From Phoronis australis (lineage: Eukaryota > Animalia > Phoronida), in contig NMRA01000849.1 of NCBI GenBank assembly GCA_002633005.1, positions 1,024 through 65,023 on the forward strand: DNA of 64,000 nucleotides, written 5' to 3'. Within the stretch, counting starts at the first letter, position 1; each line of letters opens with the position of its first letter. The notes under the pieces were generated by a model. That model was not told the DNA's origin and did no database searches. It was given only the letters and a program-made list of their open reading frames with translations. Of the stretch, positions 12,560 through 26,924 are shown piece after piece. The position numbers were made by a program, and so were the translations under genes.

Positions 12560-13385
12560 ATACATGTCATTGATGCTTAATATGAGCATTTTATGCAATG
12601 TATCAAAAGGGTAAATATATCAAATTCGTTTAAGTGGGAGCTGCAACACAAAAATAGCGCCTCATGAGACACATGACTTCACGTCCATTAATAACAGAAT
12701 GCCCAATCTTTGTCTTGTACTTCGAACTAATGACCATTGACCAAATTGCAATTTTAATTCATATTTTATCTTAAAAGATTACAGAAAGAGAAAATGCATG
12801 TTTTTATAGCCCTAAAGGCTGAAAGTCAGCTTTTTGGACTATTGTCCCTTTAAACTATCGACGTAGACCTGTCCAAGTGTGAGCAAAATAACCATGTCTT
12901 TTCTGAGTGCAAAATATTTTCTATTTCCCCATCTAGGCCTCTCATTTTTACGTATACACGTCACGGTTTGACCTGTTGTTACCACCACTGTTTCAGACAG
13001 CTTTGACGTCATAGGGATAATGATATTTCTTTCAGCTTTTAAGCTGTATAAAACACGTTACTATGCCGCCACTTTTTAAAACTATTAGCTCGCCCTTCTC
13101 AAAGGCGATATTTTGCTTTTGCATTGGCAAAATCTGTCAACCTGTCGGCAAATAAATGCGTGCCTTTATTTCCTTCCACAACAATGTCTTTAAGAAATTG
13201 TCATTCATGCCTAAGGTGGTAGACAGAACCTGCCGGCATCAGAAACATTGGTTTTGCTAGTTTTATGTGGAGCAGGTCAATTACTGCATTGGCGATGACT
13301 CCAAGGCAATAAAACAATGGCTGAAATAAACCACACTATCGTGGATTAAATCTGGTGTTATTTTCTATCAAATTGGCTTCTGAAA
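12560..13385. repeat. Dispersed repeat, inverted homologue of 27345-28135
   Basis: For example aaaatctgtcaacctg...ccttccacca is the reverse complement of tggtggaagg...caggttgacagattt in gene B intron 1. Confidence 0.85.
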
Positions 13386-13777
13386 TTGAATTGTCCATGA
13401 AAAATTTTGTTATTGTTGTTTGTTCCCGAAGAAATATGATAAATACTAGCCAAACACGACGTCATTTTTGTGCTCACCATGGGAAGTGTTTTTACTGTAA
13501 TGCCGGATACACAGCTGATTTATGACCTGTTAGCGTCAACAAAAGATTGCAAGAACGCTTTAGCCATAAAAAACTTATCTGATTCTGGAAACTCCTTTCG
13601 TATGGAGTTGAAACTTAGCGGTATGCGTTTTTGACTATGCCATAAACTACTCATGTTAAAAACATGCAAAGCACATTGGGACACATCTATAAGTTCGACC
13701 TGGCACATTTGATAGAAGGGAGTTAAGTGTGTGAACGGTTTTCTTCCGTGTGACAAATTTCATATAACCTCATGAAA

Positions 13778-13921
13778 TATGACGTTTTCGGAAAATGTAA
13801 CAATGGTACATTTCTCGCATGTGCATTTCACGTAAATTGTAACAATTACATAAAATATAACAACTTGTTACATTTCAGGAGAGACCTAGCAACGTAAAAT
13901 GTTACATTTTACGGCGTATCA
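13778..13921. mobile_element. Short MITE-like repeat with AAATGTAACA subrepeats (second copy at 28908-29100)
   Basis: Both copies end in ttacattttacggcgtatca and share the internal sequence. Confidence 0.7.
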
Positions 13922-15299
13922 AAGCACAACCAGGATTAGAACTGAAAGTTAAATCTCACACTGAAGCATCTTTTTGCCACTACGTATTGAAACGTACAAC
14001 AGAACCAATAAGCTTTGAATGACTTGAACAAATGGCTACAAGAAATTGTGCGCTTGCTAAAGCTTACAAGCACATTAGTTAAACCAAGGACATATTTCAT
14101 CTTGTTTCAAATTCAAACCCTGATAGCAGCACTATTTTTAACTAATCAATGAAACATATGAAGGTCTGTCTGCAATGTGGGTGTAGATAGGCCAATACCA
14201 CCTCAGTGGTGACTATTTCGATGCGTATGTTTGGGTGTTTAGTTCTTCCAAGTACTCTGTCAAGTTAATAGAAACCTGAAAACGAGGAGATGTTGGGAAA
14301 CATAACAGTATGTTATAGCTTCATAGGAATCCAGACATAAATCATTAACAGGGAAAGATATCCATGTAAAAATACTGGCATGGCCTTCGTGAGGGTCTCA
14401 TGTAACCATAATAGTTTACGGTAAAAAGTATTATCTCCTGTGTTCCGACCAATCACTTCACTGGCTGACATTTGCTAAGTTATTAGGTTGCGGTTCGAAG
14501 CAAGTTCCTTGAGCGAAAAGGAACACGCCCTTCCTGACATGGGGAGATCATTCCAGTCAGTCCATGTTTAACTCAACTCGAACCTAGGTCAAATTACACC
14601 CAGATTAATCGTCACTTTCCTAATGACACTGAATGCTTTAATAATCTGAAATTTTTAAGTCTGAATATCGCACACTTCCGCGACAAACTAGTATTCCACA
14701 GCCCGGTAAATATTCGAAATCATGTACTCAGCCCATCAGTCAAATCAGGCAGATTTCCCTTGCGTTGAATAATTCGGTTCAATTAGATCGGGGTTACTCA
14801 AGTTTTACTGTGCGTAACAATAGTTAACATGTAGACTGGTGAGAGTTCACTTGGTTACATTGTGACCCTTTCCAGGGGTATTCCATTTAGGGTACTGGTA
14901 GCAGGATGTCTTTTTGTATTCAATAATCTAGATCCACCAGACAAACCTGACCAGTCGGTCAAAATATGTAGTCGAAACAGAACGACTCTTAATTTTGAGA
15001 GCCAGGCACGTTAAACTAGCAAATTTGATGAAACGAGATTTCATAATCAGGAGCTACCAACAATTACTATGAACACAAAGACATAAGCACACACAATCAA
15101 TGCCAATATACCCAACTTGTGAAATTGCTACATTTTGGGAGCTCTACCCTTGCATTGATACTCACTGACACAACAGACATATATTATTGTAGAGTACAGG
15201 CGTTATATGAACGTTATGACTTACTCATGAACCACAAGCAGTATATTACTGTATGTTAGAATAATTAGATAAGATATCCACACACAGATTGCAGTCCAT

Positions 15300-16110
15300 G
15301 TCGGTATGTGACAGCGTGAGTGGCTGACAATAACAACTGAAATCTACACATTGGATATCAATCGCAGAACCGATTGTGGGCAATCGATTTTAGATCGCGA
15401 GTCCGTAAAGAAGCTTGTCCCCGTCAAGGGTAAGGCAATCTATGATGCTGATACGCTATTCAGTAGTCTGTCTTTGTACTGCAAAGTAACATTGGGATAA
15501 CCGATGTCTTTTAGTAGGAATAGGTCGAGTTCAGTCCCTCCATTCCTGAACGATGAATAAGGCAGCATGAAGGATGACCAAGCCATTTTGCCCAGTGTCT
15601 CTGTCATAGATCATGGGGCCCAGACGTGACGTTGGTTTGATGTTGGCCAGCTTCTGTAGCAGGTCTTCTAGACTGTATCTGGACTACTGAAGAATTGTCT
15701 GCCAGCTTTCGTACGCGAGTGGCCACCCTTTCCTCCCGCCTCTAATAAAATCATTCTGTTTTGACCGCAAACCTCCCAGCGCAAAGGATCACGAGATCAC
15801 AAGACAACAAAAGATAAGGAAGCCATGCTAACTAATTCCAAAAATAGAGCTCTGTTCAAAAAACTTCCTACATGTATGCAGCCATCACCCTCCACACAAC
15901 GTCGAGCTGGTCAAGAACACCCACTGTATAGTTATCCATGTTGAAGGATTGAAAAGTCAGACGTTATAGATGCATGTTGAAAGCGGCGGAAGAAGACGCG
16001 CACATTATCAGAATCCTCAGTGACAATACCTGATCTTGGTTTATTGGGCATTGAGGATGCTAGTTGACGCCATCATTCAAATGGAGAAGTAGAACGGTAG
16101 TATTAAGCAT
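15300..16110 (+). mobile_element. Decayed Academ-like transposase (XPG-like nuclease region) remnant
   Basis: Broken frames give GKAIYDADTLFS, SSVPP, FDR...SAKDHE and IRILSDNT-DL.LL, resembling AcademX XPG-type motifs (recalled). Confidence 0.5.
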
Positions 16111-19100
16111 GGAAGACCAGAGATCAGACCTCAGAAAGTGTGCATGGAATGTGCAATTCCCTTGATCTTTCTACTGGTATATTGAAGTTTGATAACACTC
16201 CCTCCCTTTCACAAGTTTCGTTGAATACACGATCGAGATGTATTGGCTCTATCCAACTTTAAAGTCAGCTTTCAAAATTTCTCGAGTGAGTTCTGTCAAC
16301 GGATTAAAGTGCGTGTAGACATTGTCCGAAAGACACGGTGGTCATGCAGAATCAAATAAGCATACTAAAATGTACATATTGTTGGTTTAATCAAACCAGG
16401 GTATTTCGGTCATCATCGACCATCTAAGTTGCAAATAAGGCTCAAACTTCCGCCTTCCAAACAACATATCAAACTTCACCCTATAGGAGTCGGGAGTTAT
16501 CATCATACATGTATAACTAACATGGTCAAATGCCAAGGCAATCAAGTTACTTGAGAGGGGGGATAACATTACTTGTACAAAGACCCGTTTTTGGCAGTTA
16601 ATTGATGTAGATTCAAATTTGGTTATAGGCTACGGGCTTCAATGATTTCCAGTCTGTGTATATCTCTTTCAAAATAGCGAATGCTCTTGTTATTCAATAT
16701 ATCACCAGCATAACAAGGCATGAACGCTTAGGTACGTACATAGTTGAGTATTTATGAGGGACGGTCAATATTGCGACTTCATTTATTGAGATTTTGGTAC
16801 GGGTCTTGGTCCAGTATTTGACATTTCGTTTACAATTAACATAACTGAAATAATTGAGTAACAAAACAGAAATTAATAATGTGATCATACGCATGACTGT
16901 GCAAACTGAATACACATGGTCTATATATAACCTGCACAAACTACACATATTCCTGATCATAAACAAATGAAATATTGTGACTTCGCTTAATAAGATTTCG
17001 GTAGGAAATCTAATTCCGATCTTCAACGATCCCTTATCCTTACTTAGCATTTCCCATACATTTAACATTTCGTCCGTCAGAAGAGGTGGATTTTCCTTAT
17101 TTCAGTCCAACTTGATCTTTTACCTCTCAGTTAACCTTTAGTTTGATCCTCTATCTATAAAACAATACAAAAAATGGACTCTACGTCTCACAAAACACTA
17201 AAAAACGATAAATTGCGGGACCCTATAAGACATCATGTTCAGAAGTTGGAAATTGGTCGAGAATCAAGATGGCAGATGTAGCCATCTTGAATCGTGATAG
17301 TGCAACCAAGTTCTACTATTTATAAACATAATAAATTTTCAAAAGAGAATTTTACAGCAAACAAAATGGCAGGATCAAGTTTTTGGCAACTAGACTATTC
17401 TGTAACGTGTGTTGCCATTGCTGTGACAATAGTAGATGCAAGACGTAAAGAGGTCTTGTTTTGTGTTGCTTTGCAAACACAAAACATTTAAACAAGATAA
17501 TATTAACACGCATTTTCTTTTCCTTATAGCTTTGTGTTGCAGAAAAGAAAATACTTTGGACACTCTTGCAACGCTAGTTGAAGCCAAAATTGCAAACTAT
17601 ATATAATTCATTTTGATATCATAGGCCGCAGGGCTTATTGCAATACGACCCCAGTAATAACACCATAACATTTTTCAGGAAAGTATTAGTCTCTTACAAT
17701 GTATATTACTGTAAAAAGGGTCATTCCACGCATAAGTGAAACTCACCTACAGTGTTAGGCTGGACGCAAACAGGCCAAAGCCTCTTGGTCCTATCTTATA
17801 CCACGTGTAATTGACCTGTCACAAACTCCGCTCCTTGCACCATGTCGACAAACAAACATTAAGGTTTACCCGGCAACGTGTTGTTTGTCGGGTAAAATGG
17901 AGGCTTGGAAACGAAGGTGTGTCAAGAATGCTGCTTTCTGATTTGTCAGTTCAGCCGTCATTCAAAATCCTGGCGATAGGTCAATTGGGAACGCTAACTC
18001 AACATGTCAGGTACACAGGAAAACAAAATGCAAAGGACTCTATCCCTAAACGATAAACCACATCAATGGCGCTGTTGCAAAGTGCTTTGTCATGCAATAG
18101 GAAACATGAACACGATGGTTAACTAGGACTGTGGGGGCGAAGCAAAATATAAATTTGAGAGAATCTGTTAACAAAACCGTATTTGACGCCCTCAGAGATG
18201 TTTCTTAAACCCTTTTTAAGTACCCAATAATACAGTTACCATCATTTGCCTCTATTAAAGAGAACAAGACAAACGCTCTCACATTTAAGAGAGGTCGACT
18301 AAGGAAGCCGAAACAGGAACGACTATTATCCCAACACCCATGGCACTGGGGCCAAATCAATAAAATGCCTTTCCAGTAAGAGCAGCTACCAATCCCTTGG
18401 TGCAAACCCCTAAATTCCGCACAAGTTCCTAAAACACTGCATACAAGATGACCAAATTCCAGTTCCAGGGACTGACCAAATTCAAAAGCCATCTAAACTC
18501 CATCTGTGTTTACTGTGACAACGTCATCCAAAAGATTAAATCGCTACTGATGTACTGTAAACGTGTGTTTAAATGTGAAGTAGATGAAAGACATGATGTC
18601 CAAGATTCAAGCAAATAGTATCACATGCTTGTGAACTTTGGAGCAATGAATGGGCACAAGTGGAAATATGGATCACTGGGCGCTCTCTGTTGTGCCACCT
18701 GCCAACGCACAGGAATTGATATCAGGGTTCGAATTTAGTTTCCTTTAAACCTATGAAAATCTTTTATGCAATTTCTTGATTTTATTAAAAGTTTGAAAAA
18801 GTTAGAAACAAAAATACGCTTGTGAGGTTAAAGTTGCATTTCGACCTGCTTCGATGGCTAAAACCAAAAATCGAATTGGTCTTCTTACTCTCATAAAATT
18901 GATCTCACAATACATCTATACCTTGCCGTGATTGTATTGCGTTTCCGTTACCAACAGGCAATGCATATACATGTCCCGTTTTATTGATGGCAAAGGAATC
19001 CTTTCTCGGTAAAGAATTTTATGAGATCGTTTGTACGACAGTAAAATTACCAATTCGAATTTCGTTTTTATCTAGCAAAACAGGGCGAAATGTAACTTTA

Positions 19101-22100
19101 CTAATTTAAGTTGTAACCCTGGTTACGACTGCTTTTGTTAGGAAAGTTAGGTCTGAGATACAGCAGCCTAGTTACAGTACATTGCTGGCGACGACGCACC
19201 GAGAAGTGCAATTGAGAACGTGCATGCGACGGACACCTATAGACCCTTACGAAAAGTAAGTAGTAAGTAGTAATTTTGGAGGGAAATGTTTCGAAAACAA
19301 ATGTTTGCTACACGGATAAAAAGATATCGATGGTTTAAATACGTCAAGTTGTGTATCCGTTGTGGGCTTTTGAATTTTTCTAAACAAGTCTTTAAAGTGG
19401 GTTTAACTTGATGTTGTAACTATATGGCAAATTAAGGGTGAAGGTAAGGTTATCGATATTGAATATTTCGGTGTATGACTTTAGGTCTTACGGTACTACT
19501 AATGACTTCACTGAGAGCAGTAAACTTCTGAAATGATTTCAGATTGTGTTTCAGTTTCTTGGCACAGTCATTCAAAGCCTGTAAACCTTTATCAAGCAGT
19601 CATGTAACCAACGCGATGAGACACATTACTCTTGGTGCTCACGGTTTACATTAACAATCTATATGTAATACTTGAAGGACATCATGAACAGAAACAAAGT
19701 TTTGAATACTGGTTACCTTTATTTACATATATATTATGCAATTTATTATGCAACAATCTGTAAGATAGCCTCATCATAAATTAATTAACCACAGAAATGC
19801 GAGTACGAACAGAAATACAATTTCAAATAATGGCGACCTTTACTTGCATGTATATCATGCAATTGCAACAGCATGCAAACTAATTTCATCATCAAACAGC
19901 TCTGGTGCCTGATATCACAACTACAAGATGAAGTAGAATTTTCGAGAACATGATTATCTTGATTGGCATACTTTATCTTAATTATCGATGTATCCATCTT
20001 CAAAAGTTGATCCATTAAATTCACTGACCATCGAAACATGGGTGTAAATATCAACCTGCAGCTATTAGCACGGGTAAACTTTTCAGAATGGCTGCCTTAA
20101 TTTGCATAGCTTACACAAATTCTCGATGTTTCTACCTCCAAAGTAGCTCCATTAAAGTTTGTGTTGTCATAAACATAGGTGTAAACATCAACATGGTCTA
20201 CCAGCAGTGACTGGTAAGGAACTTATAAACAAAAAGACTTTTGCATAATTGCCTTAATTTGCATATTTAAAAAATGCTAAGGGTTTTCAAGACCACAACC
20301 CACCTAAGACGTCTTATGGGCCGCTATCTAGACATGAAACAACCAAAAAAAACCTTATACTAATAAAGGTTTCTAGGTACCCATTTCTGGCTACTGGACT
20401 ATTTGTCCGTAACGCGAAAATTGTAAAAGCTTAATCCGTACTGCGTTTATTTGAAGCGGACTGTGTAGCGATTGGATATGTCACATACATTGAATAATGA
20501 AATCGTTGAAAATGTAACGTATGAATAGCAAAAATTGGCTTGTTTTGCTTATTTGTCGGTTAAAAAGACATTTTGATTTTTATAAGAGCCTCAAATCATT
20601 TTTCTTCGAAAACGAATCACACTGTACAGACACATGGAAAGATGAAAACGCATTCATTGGTCATTGCAAAGGATATATATGCAAATGCATCGAGCATTAT
20701 GCCTCCCGCAAGGCCTAAGTCGTAATGAGATACGCATAACATAGTTCAGATAGCCCTGGCAGCCACAATGAGAAATAGCACGGGACGTTCGCCGCTCAAG
20801 TAACGACAACACTGTCCATGGCCATGACGTCGATGCGACTAGGAAATGACACCGACATTACTGAAGAAGACACTGCTGACGGCAACATCCGGGAGCCGCC
20901 AATAGCAGAGGAGACCACGGTACTGATGTGAGCCAGAACTGTCAATGACTATACCAGCAACGTTGACGTATACATGCAGCGATTAACAATGTTCAGACCA
21001 ACCAGATAGCACATTCAGCAACCACAGCAAGCCACCGACGACACTGCAGCCGGCACCGCCCGACAACAATGCCGAATTCAAATGCTATTGCTCCCGCCGT
21101 ACGCAAACAACGTCCACAACATCACGGCCAGTGTCGACAAGACTAACGATGTTGATCACATTAATTATGGATAATACTGAAGTAACGCAACGGTATTCGT
21201 GAACCATGAAAATCTGCATTGCTATGTCGTCAGGAAATTAGTGAAAGTATGTTAAACTGAACAAACTTAATTTTAAAAATCCATGTGAAAGAAATCGAAG
21301 AAAAGCAGTCTGAAGATGAGAAAAATTCAATTGAAAAATCATGAAAAAACATATGGCATAATAACCTATTTAATCAGCGAGCCGTGACCGGAAAACCTCG
21401 AATAACTAGGCAACGGAAAGTCACGAATAAAAACAGACGCCACGTGTCCGGTAGCCCTTGGAATGATCTATCCATAGAAAAACAAAACAGAAAAAAACCT
21501 TCACGAATCCGTCTGGAAATCAAAAATCTTAAAAAGGCCACCATAGCGCCATCTTGCGTCTGATTTCAGCCAGAGCCATTTTAAAAACACGTGTGTAAAT
21601 TTCACGTTGATCTGATAAGAAATGCGACCTGTACAAAAGACTTCGTGACAAAGCAGCATACTTGAAGAAATGTCATTTCTCCATGCAATGATTCACTAGC
21701 TGCATTGTATATCACCTTAGCACCCCTATGAAAGTTATGAAACCCTATATTAAATGCCACTCTCGTTAATATATTCTGTTGCTCTGGTTACTTCCATGCG
21801 TGAAGTCTGCTTTTGGGTGTCTCTTGGACGTTATCTCTTAAAGTGTAAGTTAACATATTGGATGTTAATATCTTAATTAAAATAGTCGTTGTAAACTGAT
21901 AGGAATATTGACAGCACAGAGTCGTGCGCATCTACTCTTAGGAGAAAATCTTCATTCGTTGGTTGTGAGGTTGGGCAGAATTCTCTCGGAATGGTCTTCA
22001 GAAAGCAAACGGTTTGGGTGAAGTGTACTGGGTATCATTTCATGAAAATTTGGGAGCTATCAAATAACAATCTCATGTCAAGCAATTCAGTGTTATCCAA

Positions 22101-24289
22101 GCTACATGTATCCGTTATCTTGCCCTGTAAAATGTCGCATTACTTTTCTTCGGTTTAGTGCGGCAATAAAACCTCGTTCCGTCGAAGAAACTAAAGTTTG
22201 ATTTTAACCGCTTACCTCTATTTGCGTCAATTTAATCCTTACTCAAATGAGAAGAGACTTTTGGCTTCGCAAAGGTCTGCCAATGAAGTTACACGCCGTT
22301 ACAAGTCAACTTTCAGAGCCTTGTATCAGGTCTTTCCAAACCCAGAAATCGCACCTAATTTGACAAAGGAACAATGACACGAAATGACGTTGAACACGAC
22401 GTTTATAGCCGCTTTACGGTCAGAGAAGCGAAATTGCAAGGAGGCTGTACTTAGTTCATGGCTGTTGTAGCCTACACAGGGTGTGTTGCACTCCCGAGCT
22501 CAATCCGATAGCACAGATGGTACTTTTTCGACATTTAGTGTGCCGCTCAGTGAGATGGATTGGGGGTTTTCAATGTCCATATGAGAGGGTAATTTCTTGA
22601 AATTTTAAAGCAACAACTAGGCTTTTTGTAAAAGTTTAAATACTACACAAGTGGTATCTTCAGGAAACAAACCTATACAAAAAGAATAAATTTTTCATAG
22701 AAGCTCCGATCCCGACCCTTACTAATCAATTTTTATCTTACTACTCTCGGTGGAGCTTATGCATTTTGCTCTAGGACGCTCCCGTTTTCCACCGACTTCG
22801 TCAATACATTTACTTTGTTCATTACGCTTTGCTGCTGCAGAGTAGAGCATAGGAGATGCAACATTGACTGAATGCTGATGAACAACGTAGATGGCAATGC
22901 TTCAGAAAGAGTTTTGCACTAGCCTTTGATGAAAGGGTTCATCAGCACCTTTCAACTCTCCAAAGACGTTTCTTTCTCATTAGCCCAACCAATTTCTCTT
23001 TTCAAAAGTGATTTTTGATATGATTTATCATGTCCAGATGCTTCTGTAAAATCTCTTGTTCAAGTTTCCATGTATGCGATTTTGCAGCAATTGCATCTGT
23101 TCTAAGCTCTTATCTTCTAGTCGTACCTGGTAATTCGAGTGCACAAATTTGTAGGCCGATATGACATTCCCTTTGTCAGCGGAATACTCTCAGGATTACA
23201 ATAGGTTTATAAAATCGAATGGTTTCTTTCACAGTGCGGAGCCTACTATGGTTGCTTCACCAATACCGACCTGATCTTTAGAAAGCATACGAGATTGGAT
23301 GGACTGATTTCTTTCCGACGCGGCTTTAGTTTGGGCGAGGACAAATTTACTTTCACTATTGATGGAAGCACTTCATATTCCGTCCAACCACTTAGTGAAT
23401 AAATGCAGTTCCACTAAACCTCAACTGCAGTAACAGAGTCGCCAAATGGTAGCATCTCTCCATCTATCACTCCATCAGCAGTTGGTTGGACCTTTCTCGC
23501 CACTCCTAGGATAACCGCCAAAGAACTCTTGCTTTCCAGTCTCCGGGAACTCCGGCAGCCTTATTCCTTCAGAAGTGTGTTGTGAAGTGGCAAACAGCTG
23601 TATGGAAACAATGAAGAGAATTTTTATTCCTAATATGATGAATGTCTTCATATGTGCGCTATCTCCCTTCATGTATTATCTCCAATGATCAGTGTATGAC
23701 AAATTGTAGCTTCAAGCTCTTTACTTGCACTGCACTCCAGTCTGTTCTAACACTTTAGTCGGCTATCTTTCAAATATTGCCCCATCAGCTTTAACATTGC
23801 ACACGTGCTCGTAATTCAAATGCATTGTAAGTTATGAAGACTAGAGGTCGCACAGGACGTCTCTAAAGACAAATGCCCATGCGATACAAGGCGAACGACC
23901 CTTTTGTACTTTGACCTTTTCGGCTCAGCTATCTTATTCTTTCCTAGCCCCTGAACAACTCCGCTTTTTAGGGTTATCTTGACTGCACTTCCAAGACTTA
24001 CTTTACTCACCTTACCTCTGTTTGTTACTCGAAACCATGAACAAAAACATTATGGTTCTTTATTTTTAATTACTCAATGACTGAAAGGAAGAAATAGCAA
24101 TGCCAGAGAAAAGAAGGTAAAACAAGACTCTCTAAATATAGGAAAAAATAGGAAAGTTGACGTCCTGAAATTTTAATTTACCAGAGAACACAGACTTCAC
24201 GTTATAGGCTGGTACCAGCAGCACGACCTGTATATGTATTTCCTAATAACCATAGGTATGTACATGTATGTTATTAGCGAATTAAAGAT

Positions 24290-24770
24290 TGTTTTTTACA
24301 AGACTGGAGCTTTGCTGTGGAGAATAGCTCAAAACTTAATACATATTTCTCATTTAAAATTGATTTTGAAATGGAATCCTATCTGTTGCGTCATATCTTT
24401 TTAGCAGCTATGGTTAAATTAGGTTGCTCCAACCACAACTTGATGATAGAGAAAGGGAGACATGCTCTCGTGGACCAAAAATACCGTGTGTGTTGTTTCT
24501 GTGTGTCCCTAATTGAAGATGAATACCATTTTATATGTGTTTGTAAAATGTACTGCTCTATGAGAACTGCATTTATACCTGAGTGGTGCTGCCTTTAAAC
24601 AAATAAACATAAATTTGTAAAACTAATGAAAATGTCGGAGCCCATTGCTCAGATTAATCTAATGAAATTTGTATTTCACGCCACTGCCCTCAGGGAAAAG
24701 CTGCTCAGCGCTATCCTGTAAATTTTATGTGACATGTGGGCCAAGGCCTTAAATATTGAAATACATGAAT
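24290..24770 (+). mobile_element. 3' fragment of a LINE (same C-terminal domain type as the 55992-60557 element)
   Basis: KLGCSNHNLMIEKGRH...CCFC...IEDEYHFICVC. Confidence 0.75.
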
Positions 24771-25544
24771 TTACATGTATGTTTACACCAAGCATTGAAT
24801 GTTGCAAGGATTGTGACAACGCTGCCAAATGGAGACATATTTATAACAATGCAAGCAACGTGGTGGCCTTAATAGCAATATGACCATGCGCGCACCCAGC
24901 CTAAAACATAGGGGGGCTCAAATGTTTGAGAAAGTGGACGTTTCACTAAAAAACGGGGTACGTTCAGAGCTATGAATTGCGCATTCGCCTAATTCCTGCC
25001 TTTTCAGTGGACTTTTGTCTCGTTTTCTAGGGCTTTTTGTTTCTCTGAGGCGGACCTTTTCGTCCATTACGCCAAATGGGGAGGCTCGTTCGAGACCCCG
25101 AGACCCCCTAGGTGCGTGCATGATGTACAATTCAGCAATGACGGGTGTGTCTCTCCAATTCCAATGTCGGAAACGGAACCCCGTTTTCAATAAATTTAGC
25201 ACTGAATTTCATATTGTAACGAAGTATAACGAACGAGATTTGTAGGTTTACATAGCACGCGTCAATAACGTGAAGCCTGCCGCAAGGACATTTATAGATA
25301 AACCCCACTAGCAAGCAAAACCCGGCTCAAATTCCTTACTTCCCGCAGTTTAGTCGCCATACTGCACAGTCAATGATCAGTATCACGAACCTAACCCACC
25401 TAATTTTAGACACAACTTAATGTATTATCACTATCACTTATGATTTATCCGTAGTCAGTGTTAGCCGATATAATCACCGCCACTGTCATTCATATTCGTC
25501 AGGTTCTTCGCTCTGTTTCAAAAATATAGACTGCTTTATTTCAG

Positions 25545-25863
25545 GATTCCAGTAATGGAGTACAGACCATTTGGGCCTCTCGCTAATACAACGCTTCTGT
25601 GTTTTCGAGATCAACTTTTGGTAACTACGTACGACGAGATACAAACGTCTTTTTGGGCAAAAGTAAAGAGAATGGGACTGAAATCGCTTTGTGTTATTCT
25701 TCACCAGAGCGACGAGAATCGATTTTGGTGTGAAAAGATGAAGTCTTTGGGAATCATTGATGAGTTTAATGTTGATGGTCTGATCCACGAAAAAGAGGAT
25801 GGTCGTACGGTTGAAGAAATCAGTGCCGGAATAATCAAATGGCTGAATGAGAAGAATATCAAC
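25545..25863 (+). CDS. CARNS1-like: Gene B, first visible coding exon of a CARNS1-like ATP-grasp ligase (in-frame ATG at 25555)
   Basis: tttatttcag|G acceptor and AAC|gtgagt donor; 319 nt; paralogue of 4098-4416. Confidence 0.85.
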
Positions 25864-26924
25864 GTGAGTGATTGGTGGCAGTAGGAGTAGCCAAAACAAA
25901 TATTCCATATTACTAGATAAAGAGCCTTGACATGAAATTACAGCAGTGGATTTGAAAGCAAACGGAATAGTTTTTAGCCTTGTGCGAAAAATTACACGTT
26001 TGTGTAAGTTACAACGAAAAATGGTGGACGTTAAAAAAGCAAAATCTTTGACTCAATGATTTTCACTCCTACGGAATGGTTATAATGCCTGGAGAACGCA
26101 AACTTGTTAGAATGTAAAACTTGTTTCCAAAAAAACTTCCGTAATTGAACTCCCCTTCACCGATTTCAACGTCATGCTTACATAGCACTGTCACGTTTTT
26201 CCCCGTGTGTGGGTAGGCGCAGGTTGTTACAGACCGGTGCTAATAGCATTCGGTGCGACGATTGACTGAAGACTGGTTCGAGTTAATCCTTTATCAATCC
26301 CGACCGTGCGTTCACAAGCCTACTCAAACAAAACGTCCGACGTAGTGTCNACGGTTGAAGAAATAAGTGCCGGAATAATCAAATGGCTGAAGGAGAAGAA
26401 CATTAACGTGAGTGATTGGTGGCAGTAGGAGTAGCCAAAACAAATATTCCATATTACTTGATAAAGAGCCTTGACACGAAATTACAGCAGTGGATTTGAA
26501 AGCAAACGTAATAGTTTTTAGCCTTGTGCGAAAAATTACACGTTTGTGTAAGTTACAACGAAAAATGGTGGACGTTAAAAAAGCAAAATCTTTGACTCAA
26601 TGATTTTCACTCCTACGGAATGGTTATAATGCCTGGAGAACGCAAACTTGTTAGAATGCAAAACTTGTTTCCAAAAAAACTTCCGTAATTGAACTCCCCT
26701 TCACCGATTTCAAATGTCCCATGGATTTAGTGAATCCAGTTTAACGTCATGCTTACATAGCACTGTCACGTTTTTCCCCGTGTGTGGGTAGGCGCAGGTT
26801 GTTACAGACCGGTGTTAATAGCATTCGGTGCGACGATTGACTGAAGACTGGTTCGAGTTAATCCTTTATCAATCCCGACCGTGCGTTCACAAGCCTACTC
26901 AAACAAAACGTCCGACGTAGTGTC
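25807..26924. other. Near-identical tandem duplication around the single N at 26350 (likely haplotype or assembly overlap)
   Basis: 25807-26349 vs 26351-26924, with a few SNPs and a 31-bp indel. Confidence 0.85.

Noticed and set aside
20740-21180. GC-richer, coding-looking Thr/Asp/Ala-rich stretch
   Set aside because: Interrupted by stops, with no recognisable motif or splice structure.
22900-23800. Possible decayed coding sequence on the minus strand
   Set aside because: No family motif recognised in the frames I read.
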